Part shown: one piece after another, positions 56,000 to 64,000 of the stretch
Numbering within the stretch: the first letter of the stretch is position 1
Layout of the letters: every line of letters starts with the position of its first letter
Source of the DNA: a virus
Taxonomy: Duplodnaviria > Caudoviricetes
Direction: 5' to 3' (one strand)
DNA: 64,000 nucleotides
IMG/VR virus record: IMGVR_UViG_3300027969_004220
Span: 41,622-105,621 of that record
Made by a program: the position numbers and the translations under genes
The notes under the pieces: model-generated
The model's database searches: none
Seen by the model: the letters and a program-made list of their open reading frames with translations, nothing else
Told to the model about the DNA's origin: nothing

Positions 56000-56635
56000 C
56001 TAAAAGTTTTCATAAAAATCTACTTTATCACGTTTAACATTTCTATTTATATGAGAGTCTAATGGTTGTAAATTTGTATAGTGATTTAACTCCAAAACTT
56101 GCTCCTCGGTTACTGCAGTCGATAATGGTATCTTATGATCTATATCCCAATAAGTACCATAATTATCCCACGACATATCATCAATGAACCTCTCTTCTAT
56201 ATAAGCTTTAAAGAATTCTATACTACATCCCAAAATTTCTATAGAATTTTTACTCTTTGATAAACCTTTACATTTAAGAGAATTTCGTATCATACGACCA
56301 ACAACATACTTCAACTTATAAACAGGATCAGTCTTTCTCCTATTTCTCTGGTACTCCATCTTATAAACGGAAATCTTCTCCTTATTTAGAGATGCATATT
56401 CCTTTTGATACTCAAGTTTTTTATCCTTGTTATTGGAGTAATTCTCCTTTCTCTTATCTAATATATCTTCTTTATTAGAGTTATAGTATTCTTTTTTTAA
56501 TGAACTTATATTATCCTTATTCTTTAAATGATATGACTTTTTATAATCCTTCATACATTCCTTACATAAATTTCTATTCTTTACAAATAGTTCTATACCT
56601 TTTTCTAAATTACATTCCTTACATATTTTTTCCAT
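56000..56635 (-). mobile_element. HNH homing endonuclease
   Basis: N-terminal CxxC, MSWDNYG..WDIDHKIPLS...LNHYTNLQPL. Confidence 0.8.
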
Positions 56636-56730
56636 ATACTATATATAAAAAAGAAAAAATGCTAATTTAGCACTTTTTCTCCGAACATAATGTTCTTTCT
56701 ATTTTATGTAACTAATTGATTATCAGATAG

Positions 56731-57690
56731 TTACAAGTCACTAAAGAAGTCATCTTCTTCTTCGGTAGCAGTTGCACTTGTTGCAGTGTTTGTGAAACTA
56801 TCTTCAAATTCAAAGTCTTCTGAAGCTGGTTTAGCTTGTTGAGCTGTTGGATAAGTAGAAGAAGATTTACCAGTTAAGAAATTACCAATTTCACTGATTT
56901 TTGATTGTTGTTCGTCAGTTAAATGTTTCGGAGCAAAATCTTCAAGTTCATTAGTTCTGTCAAGTAAAAATTCTTTTACTTTACCTTGAGCAGCTGGATC
57001 AATTTTACCTTCTACAAGTGGAGCGTTTTTGAAAACTGCTTTATCTTTAAAGTAGATTGGTAAAGAAGTAGCTTCAGGTTTGAACATACTCATTTTGTAA
57101 TCTGGGTAAGTTTCGTCTCCTGTTTGGATTTCTTTAACAACTAATACGAAATCTTTACCAGCTGATAAATCAAATACGTTACAAGGAACGCCAGAGATTT
57201 CACCATTTTTCTCAGCAGAGATTTTATCTTTAATCGTTTTACCGTATTGGAAAATTAAGATCTTACCAACTAATTCTGGTTGCTGATCATCTTCTATTAC
57301 TAATACATAAGAGTAATATTTTTTAGAATACTTCAATTGTTTTGATTTCTCAATCAAGATTGCATTCTTTGAGTTTTGCATTGTGTAATACAAATCTGTT
57401 AAAGGACATTTCTCGTTGAAGTTTTTCGGTGAATCAAACCATCCACTTAATTCTTTTTGATTTTTAATATCAACATAGTGAGTGATTTTCTCAATTGCTG
57501 ATTGTCCGATTTTACCTTCTTGTGTTAAGTTAGGTAAAAATCTTACTACAGATCTCCATCCTTTTTTCTTGTCTTTACATTTCGATAAATCTACTCTGTA
57601 AATTCCGTCATTGTTTGTTGCTTTTGCTTCATTTAAGAAGTCCATCTTGCTGTCTAGGCCGCCATTAAATAGGTCATCTAATTCATTCAT
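56731..57690 (-). CDS. T4 gp32-like single-stranded DNA-binding protein
   Basis: VVRFLP, CPL, GKILIFQYGKTIKDKI, YPDYKMSMF, acidic tail EEEDDFFSDL. Confidence 0.85.
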   Translation of the reverse strand: MNELDDLFNGGLDSKMDFLNEAKATNNDGIYRVDLSKCKDKKKGWRSVVRFLPNLTQEGKIGQSAIEKITHYVDIKNQKELSGWFDSPKNFNEKCPLTDLYYTMQNSKNAILIEKSKQLKYSKKYYSYVLVIEDDQQPELVGKILIFQYGKTIKDKISAEKNGEISGVPCNVFDLSAGKDFVLVVKEIQTGDETYPDYKMSMFKPEATSLPIYFKDKAVFKNAPLVEGKIDPAAQGKVKEFLLDRTNELEDFAPKHLTDEQQSKISEIGNFLTGKSSSTYPTAQQAKPASEDFEFEDSFTNTATSATATEEEDDFFSDL

Positions 57691-57864
57691 AATTGCTTTT
57701 AATTGTTTTTTATTATCAGTTACCTGATTAGTATTTATATAAAAAAGATTGATAAAAGTTTAAAAAAAAGTTGTATTTTATTAGGTTATTTCTAACTTTT
57801 TTTGTATAAAAGAATATCTATCCGTTTTATAATTTAAAGTTATATCCAATAAGAATTGATTAGT

Positions 57865-58386
57865 TTAGAATTTCATATCTAATATGAACTCATAACTGAT
57901 ACCTCTATCATTATGAGTAACATTTAAAGTGTGTGTAAGTGTAGTAATTGGGAATTCTTCACCAAAGATACTTTCATCTTTGAATTTTGCTTGTAAGTGT
58001 TTAAGACCAGTTTCTATATCAAGAAAGTCATTACTAAGTCCATTAAAAGTTGCAGCATAACCAGATAAAGTTTTATCTGATTTAGCATAGTTACCCACAA
58101 TTCTATATCTACCATAGAATCCAACATGATCTGCTTTATTTACTTTAGATATAGATGTTTTGGCATCACGATCAAGTGCTTCTACAAAGTATTCATCTAA
58201 TAAGTCTTTAGTATCTTCTAAGATCTCAGGAAAGATAGTTTTTAAATATAACATATTCTGCTTACCAAGATTAAGTTTTCTTTCTACTTCTTCATGCCAA
58301 GCTTTTTGGAATCTAGCAACATCATTACCTTCTTTATCATATAAATGACCTTCTTCAAATGCCTCGTTATACTTTCTTAATTTCAT
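57865..58386 (-). CDS. hypothetical protein with MKLRKYNE N-terminus
   Basis: 173 aa ORF. Confidence 0.6.
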   Translation of the reverse strand: MKLRKYNEAFEEGHLYDKEGNDVARFQKAWHEEVERKLNLGKQNMLYLKTIFPEILEDTKDLLDEYFVEALDRDAKTSISKVNKADHVGFYGRYRIVGNYAKSDKTLSGYAATFNGLSNDFLDIETGLKHLQAKFKDESIFGEEFPITTLTHTLNVTHNDRGISYEFILDMKF

Positions 58387-59678
58387 TACTTTGTTCTAAT
58401 ACTTTTTATCCTTTCGGTTTGATACTTTGATATATCTATATTATTATATTGATTTAATAAATCAACTATTCTTTTATACATTTCTATCGTAATACGACAA
58501 TCCGTTAATGCATCATGATAACCAGACATATTGATTCCAAGTGCCGGTCCAACTTTACTCATTGAAGATGAAATTAAACCGTTATCTCTCGGTGAAGTTC
58601 CGATACCGTCTACCATTTTTTGATAAGTTACATCAGTTTCTGCTAACTTTTGAATAAGTGGTAAGAAATATAATTGAATCAACATTTTAGTGTCTAAGAC
58701 TTCATTTGTTATTTTATGACCGTATCTACCAGATAACATTTGCATATCAAATCCAGCATTCTGTGCTACTAATAAACAAGGTGAGAACTCACTCATCCAA
58801 TCAAAGAACTCATCAACGATTTGCCTTTCATCTTTATATTTATAACCACCTGAACCATAATGATTGAAACTTAATATTCTTCTATTACCACCATCAGGTT
58901 GATTATATCTTGTCTTTAATTCAGAGGTTAGTTTAATCTTCTCATCAAAAGAACCAATCTCATCAAATGTATTAGAACTGAAATTATATTTAGTAGAAAG
59001 AGAAGATACTTGTGTTAGTTGTTCGTGTTTTGGTCCTAATAGTCCGGTAGTTTCGGTGTCCAACCACAACCAATGTAGGTTAGACTTACTTTTAAGAAAG
59101 TTTAACATTTCTGGTATTGTTTTATACCACATTTTATTTTCATTTAACTTATATAAACTATCTTCACCTTTATGTGAATATGTTATTGTATCAATTCCAT
59201 TTATTTCTAATCTTAAATCTTTACAATACTTATCACCAGTACCTTTCTTAATATAACCAATTGTTATATGAGGATTAAATGAATGTTTATTATAGTTCGG
59301 TAAATGAGAACTTAAATAGTTATGTACTTTCTTTAAATAAGGATTGCCTTCTACTTTGATAACTAATATATCATAATTACTACCATCAAAGACTTCTATA
59401 TTTTTTGTAACTACATTTATTGATTCATCTTTTACAACTTCATCTAATTTTTGTTTAACCTGATCAAAGGTTACATCATTTTTAATTGGATAAAGTAAAG
59501 TTAGGTGAGCTCTTTTTTGAAGGCCGAATGGTATACTACCACCTTGTACATCATAAATATCTTCCTCATCTATTATTGATAAAATATCATCCCAATTAGA
59601 AATTGGAAGTTCTAACATTATACAACCATTTTTATAAGCAAATGATTCAAATAGATTATACTTTATTATATTTCTCAT
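58386..59678 (-). CDS. 2H phosphoesterase (Acb1/gp57B-like) fused to DEDDh exonuclease
   Basis: AHLTLLY and PHITIGY HxT motifs; LDTETTG, AQNAGFD, HDALTD. Confidence 0.8.
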   Translation of the reverse strand: MRNIIKYNLFESFAYKNGCIMLELPISNWDDILSIIDEEDIYDVQGGSIPFGLQKRAHLTLLYPIKNDVTFDQVKQKLDEVVKDESINVVTKNIEVFDGSNYDILVIKVEGNPYLKKVHNYLSSHLPNYNKHSFNPHITIGYIKKGTGDKYCKDLRLEINGIDTITYSHKGEDSLYKLNENKMWYKTIPEMLNFLKSKSNLHWLWLDTETTGLLGPKHEQLTQVSSLSTKYNFSSNTFDEIGSFDEKIKLTSELKTRYNQPDGGNRRILSFNHYGSGGYKYKDERQIVDEFFDWMSEFSPCLLVAQNAGFDMQMLSGRYGHKITNEVLDTKMLIQLYFLPLIQKLAETDVTYQKMVDGIGTSPRDNGLISSSMSKVGPALGINMSGYHDALTDCRITIEMYKRIVDLLNQYNNIDISKYQTERIKSIRTK

Positions 59679-60013
59679 TATTTCTTTACTTTACCTTGTT
59701 TCTTTTCATAATCTAAATCAAAATCAACTTTTGGTTTAGGCTCTGGTGCAAATGGTCCAATTAAATGTTTTAAATTCCAAGAAGGAACAAACTTTTTATT
59801 ATGTTTTTCATAATCTTCATATGATTCAATACCTGTATCAATAGGATTGTGAATATAGTCTATATTAGCACCTTGTTTATTCATATCAGATATTCTGTTA
59901 CCAATGTCAGTCTTTGCAGACATTTTCATAACTTTTTTTAGCTGATCTACTGATTGTTGTCTAGGAAGTGCTTCGTTTACTTCTTCAAACTCATTAAATT
60001 TTAATATTTTCAT
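59678..60013 (-). CDS. hypothetical protein with MKILKFNEFEE N-terminus
   Basis: ORF with TAATATATA upstream. Confidence 0.6.
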   Translation of the reverse strand: MKILKFNEFEEVNEALPRQQSVDQLKKVMKMSAKTDIGNRISDMNKQGANIDYIHNPIDTGIESYEDYEKHNKKFVPSWNLKHLIGPFAPEPKPKVDFDLDYEKKQGKVKK

Positions 60014-60067
60014 AAAGTTATATATTAAAATTATCAAACAAAAAACCCACTCGAAAGTGGGTTATTT

Positions 60068-61030
60068 TTAGAAATCTTCATTAAGATTATCAAAGTCAAT
60101 TACTTTATCAGAAACTTTTTGATAATCACCATTTCTTTTCTCAAAGAAGTTTACCTTACCTTGTAGTGATAGCATTTCCATAAAATCAAATGGATTTTCA
60201 GAATTATAAACTTTAGAACAACCTAATTCAACTAACCAGAAGTCAGCAACGAACTCAATATATTGTGACATAAGTTTTTCATTCATTCCAATTAAAGATA
60301 CTGGTAATGAATCAGAAATAAATTCTTTTTCAATTTCAACCGCATCACAGATAATTTCTTTGATTCTTTCTTCTGTTACTTTGTTTTGAATATACTTATT
60401 ATGTAATAAACAAGCAAATTGACAATGCAACGCCTCGTCTCTTGAGATCAACTCATTAGAGAAAGATAATCCTGGCATTAAACCTCTTTTCTTTAACCAG
60501 AAAATTGCACAAAATGATCCAGAAAAGAATATACCTTCAACTGCAGCAAATGCAATCAATCTTTCAGCGAATGAATCAGAATCAATCCATTTTAAAGCCC
60601 ACTGAGCTTTCTTTTGAACTGAAGGAACAGTATCAATTGCATTAAACAAACGATCTTTCTCATCATTATCTCTGATATAAGTATCAATCAATAAAGAGTA
60701 AGTTTCAGAGTGTACATTCTCCATCGCGATTTGAAATCCATAAAAAGATTTTGCTTCAGGGTATTGCACTTCTTTTAAGAAGTTTTCTGCTAAGTTTTCA
60801 TTCACGATACCATCTGATGCCGCAAAGAAAGCTAATACGTTTTTAATGTAATGTCTTTCATTATCATTCAATTTTTCATCCCAGTCAGTCATATCCTGTG
60901 CTAGGTCTATCTCTTCTGCCGTCCAGAATGACATTTCCTCAACTTTATAAAGATCCCATATATCGTGATACTTTAAGGGAAACATTACAAATCTGTTAGG
61001 ATTTTCGGTCAATATGTGTTCTTTTTCCAT
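60068..61030 (-). CDS. nrdB: ribonucleotide reductase class Ia beta subunit
   Basis: [50 protein letters not shown]. Confidence 0.95.
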   Translation of the reverse strand: MEKEHILTENPNRFVMFPLKYHDIWDLYKVEEMSFWTAEEIDLAQDMTDWDEKLNDNERHYIKNVLAFFAASDGIVNENLAENFLKEVQYPEAKSFYGFQIAMENVHSETYSLLIDTYIRDNDEKDRLFNAIDTVPSVQKKAQWALKWIDSDSFAERLIAFAAVEGIFFSGSFCAIFWLKKRGLMPGLSFSNELISRDEALHCQFACLLHNKYIQNKVTEERIKEIICDAVEIEKEFISDSLPVSLIGMNEKLMSQYIEFVADFWLVELGCSKVYNSENPFDFMEMLSLQGKVNFFEKRNGDYQKVSDKVIDFDNLNEDF

Positions 61031-61272
61031 GTTTATGTTATTTTTATTTATTTTATATACTAATTTATTACAAAGTTGTTTAGAAAGTGAAAACACCAAG
61101 GAGCGAATTTGGTGTTTTCTTTTATAGCCTAAACTATACCGGTCCTAAAGCTGGGTTCTATGACCCCCGGTTATAAATTATATATTAAAAATTCACTTTA
61201 TGTTTCAAACTTTTTATCGAAAAAATATAAAACATAAGTAAATAATTTATTGTCTAATTAAAAACCAAAAAA

Positions 61273-61578
61273 ATGGTAAAACACGAAATTAAAGTAGAAT
61301 TTTCTGACTCTACTACAATCCAAACACTTATCGAGAAATCTTACTTTGAAGAAGGATTCAAAGGTAAAATCTTAGGTAAGAAAAACTTCCTAACAATTGA
61401 CGAGAGTGATGAAATCAATCACACAATTTTTAAAGGACTTAACAACGCAACAGTTAAGATCACTAATGAAATCATTGATGGAACAATGAGATTTTTAGTT
61501 GATGAAACTGAAGGTGATGTGAGACTTTACCCAATCTCAATCTATTGTGTTAAAGAAGAAAAATATACCTTTTACTAA
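61273..61578 (+). CDS. hypothetical protein
   Basis: 101 aa ORF. Confidence 0.6.
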   Translation: MVKHEIKVEFSDSTTIQTLIEKSYFEEGFKGKILGKKNFLTIDESDEINHTIFKGLNNATVKITNEIIDGTMRFLVDETEGDVRLYPISIYCVKEEKYTFY

Positions 61579-62598
61579 ATGAAAAAATTTGATTGGAATG
61601 ACATCACAATAATACCAGATACTCTGAGTACTATTGCTTCTCGTAGTGAGATAAATCCATTACAAAATGGAAAGCTTCCTATCTTTACTGCACCAATGGA
61701 TATGGTTATTGATGAAAATAACATATCCGAATTTGAATTAAACAATGTAAACGTTTGTTTACCTAGAAATGTTAAATTCGATAGTTTAAAGAATGATAAT
61801 TACTTCTATTCTTACGGACTTGATGAAATGATTGATTTATTTGAGTCTGGTAAAGAGTTACCTAAAAAAGTGCTAATCGATGTGGCGAACGGTCACATGT
61901 TTAAGCTGTGGGAAATCTCTAAAAGAATAAAAGAGAAATACGGTAATAACATTGAACTAATGGTTGGTAATATTGCTAACCCTGATACTTATAGAAAGTA
62001 TTGCGAGATTGGTGTTGATTGGATCAGAGTTGGTATTGGTGGAGGTTCTGCTTGTACTACATCTGCAAATGTTTCAATTCATTTTCCTATGGCATCATTG
62101 GTAAATGAATGTTATGAAATATCTAAAGAGTTTGATAATCCTACTAAAATCTTGGCAGATGGTGGATTTAGAAGTTTCTCTGATATAATTAAAGCATTAG
62201 CACTTGGTGCTCATGCTTGTATGTTAGGTGGGATTTTCAATAAATGTTTAGAAAGTTGTTCCGATAACTTCTTAAAAGATTCTGTTGGTATATTTCATTT
62301 AATAGATGAAGAACGTGCGATCACTAATTTTAATAGTGGTATAGATGTTTGGAAATATTATAGAGGAATGTCAACGAAAGAAGTTCAGAAGTCTTGGAAT
62401 AGAAAAGAACTTAAAACTGGTGAAGGTATTTCTAAATACAATAAAGTAGAATATACTTTATCTGGATGGAGAGAAAACTTTACAGACTATTTAAGATCTG
62501 CAATGTCTTATTCTAATAGTAGAACTTTAGAAGAGTTTATTGGTCAAGCTAACTGGGTTAAAATATCACAGAATGCTTTTGATAGATTTAATAAGTAA
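61579..62598 (+). CDS. IMP dehydrogenase / GMP reductase family protein
   Basis: TAPMD, IDVANGH, VGIGGGSACTT, ADGG, YRGMS. Confidence 0.9.
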   Translation: MKKFDWNDITIIPDTLSTIASRSEINPLQNGKLPIFTAPMDMVIDENNISEFELNNVNVCLPRNVKFDSLKNDNYFYSYGLDEMIDLFESGKELPKKVLIDVANGHMFKLWEISKRIKEKYGNNIELMVGNIANPDTYRKYCEIGVDWIRVGIGGGSACTTSANVSIHFPMASLVNECYEISKEFDNPTKILADGGFRSFSDIIKALALGAHACMLGGIFNKCLESCSDNFLKDSVGIFHLIDEERAITNFNSGIDVWKYYRGMSTKEVQKSWNRKELKTGEGISKYNKVEYTLSGWRENFTDYLRSAMSYSNSRTLEEFIGQANWVKISQNAFDRFNK

Positions 62599-62627
62599 AA
62601 GAAAAACCACTCAAATGAGTGGTTTTT

Positions 62628-63164
62628 TTATTCTCTTTCTAAAAAGAAATTTAATCCAAGCCAGTACATATAACTAAAATTGATCTCACTGTTTATTTTA
62701 TTAATCTCGGTATCACCTGTTTGTACTTGATAAACACAATTAGGATATTGTTGCTTCACTAATGTTAAGCAAGATAAAACATCTTTATATGTCTCATTTA
62801 CATAATCATTATATTGTATTAAATTACTGATAACATTTTCCGAATCAATATTACGGAAAGGTGGTGTGATAGAACTAATTTTAGTTACTTGCGAAGGTGG
62901 TCGTAAATCAATATACATAATCATTGAAGGTTTTTCTTTATATTCATTATCTTCTTCATTGATCTGAATAATATCTTCATCATTTAATCCATTTGCTTCT
63001 GCTCGTTCAATTAAATTTATAAAGCAAGATTTAACATAATCATAGAACTCATCTCTATTGTGTTTTCTCATCTCTTTCAATCTCTCTTGATCTTCTTTTT
63101 CCCATCTTCGACGTTCTTCTTGATCTGCAGGATGCCACTCTTCGTTATATTTCTTAATTTTCAT
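62628..63164 (-). CDS. hypothetical protein with MKIKKYNEE N-terminus
   Basis: 178 aa ORF. Confidence 0.6.
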   Translation of the reverse strand: MKIKKYNEEWHPADQEERRRWEKEDQERLKEMRKHNRDEFYDYVKSCFINLIERAEANGLNDEDIIQINEEDNEYKEKPSMIMYIDLRPPSQVTKISSITPPFRNIDSENVISNLIQYNDYVNETYKDVLSCLTLVKQQYPNCVYQVQTGDTEINKINSEINFSYMYWLGLNFFLERE

Positions 63165-63172
63165 ATCTATTC

Positions 63173-63655
63173 TTAGTTTTCTCCTCTAACATCCCAAGTA
63201 TCATCTAAGTTGGAAAAATTTACCGTACCCAGTTTTCCTTTTTCTAATGGGATTCTTTTTATATTTTTTGGTAATATAAAAGTTAAATGTATATAAGCAT
63301 CAAAAGGATCACCATCATTATATCCTTCTCTCTCTATATCAAATTCAACTTCTATATTTGTATGTTTTATTTTTACTTTTTTTATACAAGTATTTATCTC
63401 ATCATAGAAATCATAAAGCTCTTTACTCGATTTTAAAAGATCATCAACAGTCTTTCTTTTATTTTTATTGATAAATGTACTATTTTTAATTTCTATACCT
63501 GGTAAATCAATCATAAATTCAATATATTTTCTACCACCTTCATCATTCTCAATTTCAATATCACAACCTTGGTCAATAAAATCAACAAAACACATCTCGA
63601 TATAATCGGTGTCTAATTCTTCGGTACTTTCAAAAATTCTTTTTAAATGTTTCAT
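63173..63655 (-). CDS. hypothetical protein with MKHLKRIFES N-terminus
   Basis: related to the tagged paralog set. Confidence 0.65.
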   Translation of the reverse strand: MKHLKRIFESTEELDTDYIEMCFVDFIDQGCDIEIENDEGGRKYIEFMIDLPGIEIKNSTFINKNKRKTVDDLLKSSKELYDFYDEINTCIKKVKIKHTNIEVEFDIEREGYNDGDPFDAYIHLTFILPKNIKRIPLEKGKLGTVNFSNLDDTWDVRGEN

Positions 63656-63657
63656 AT

Positions 63658-64000
63658 TTAGCGTTTTACCATTACAAACCAAGAAGAGTTTGATTGTCCT
63701 TTGATTTCTTCTTCAACTTCTTTATATTCGGCTTGACCTTGTGTAATCAAGTTAGCATGATTTATCTTAACACCACCAGGTAATGTAAAATCATACATAC
63801 CAATCATATTTCCTAATTGAACTTTAGCCCAACCAACACAATACTTGTAGAACAAATCATCTTTAAATAAATTTTCTTGTGGGATATTAGCATAAGCTTC
63901 AATAATCACATCATAGTCAACTTTTGTTAAAATATGTAATCTATGATTTAATTGATTAAATGAGTATTTAAGTGTATATTTATTTAATTGATTTAACATA
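63658..64000 (-). CDS. T4 gp13-like neck protein, C-terminal part (runs off window)
   Basis: AKVQLG....YDFTLPGGVKIN...I..G..E pattern. Confidence 0.65.
   Translation of the reverse strand, partial: MLNQLNKYTLKYSFNQLNHRLHILTKVDYDVIIEAYANIPQENLFKDDLFYKYCVGWAKVQLGNMIGMYDFTLPGGVKINHANLITQGQAEYKEVEEEIKGQSNSSWFVMVKR

Noticed and set aside
1-64000. Stop-codon reassignment or suppressor tRNA
   Set aside because: Long genes read intact in the standard code, TAG and TGA end ORFs normally, and no CTA/TTA/TCA anticodon was found (the CTAAGAA loop centres on AAG).
1-64000. CRISPR array or rRNA
   Set aside because: No regularly spaced direct repeats or rRNA-like sequence seen.

Overview
AT-rich (standard genetic code) segment of a large T4-like (jumbo) phage genome. 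Phage identity rests on a gp32-like SSB, a gp13-like neck fragment, nrdB, HNH endonucleases and many small ORFans. The host is probably Bacteroidota, from recurrent TAnnTTTG -7 promoter boxes and A-rich starts without Shine-Dalgarno sites. The window holds a putative R-M pair, an NAD+ salvage pair (NadM-NUDIX + NAMPT), three tRNA arrays, a ClpC-like ATPase, and a ~16 kb glycan-biosynthesis island with GDP-fucose genes, about 10 glycosyltransferases and a RuBisCO-like protein. Main discovery: each tRNA array is preceded by a homologous promoter block, an unannotated 29-34 codon leader ORF and an intrinsic terminator. Each leader is enriched in the amino acids carried by the tRNAs downstream (Leu/Arg; Asn/Ile/Val/Cys/Thr; Met/Pro/Gln/Asp) and contains a segment complementary to the terminator 5' arm. 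This is the layout of ribosome-stalling attenuators that would switch on phage tRNA arrays when the matching host tRNAs fail. The arrays also contain atypical tRNAs and unexplained small structured RNAs. All calls come from manual motif reading; no searches or folding programs were run.
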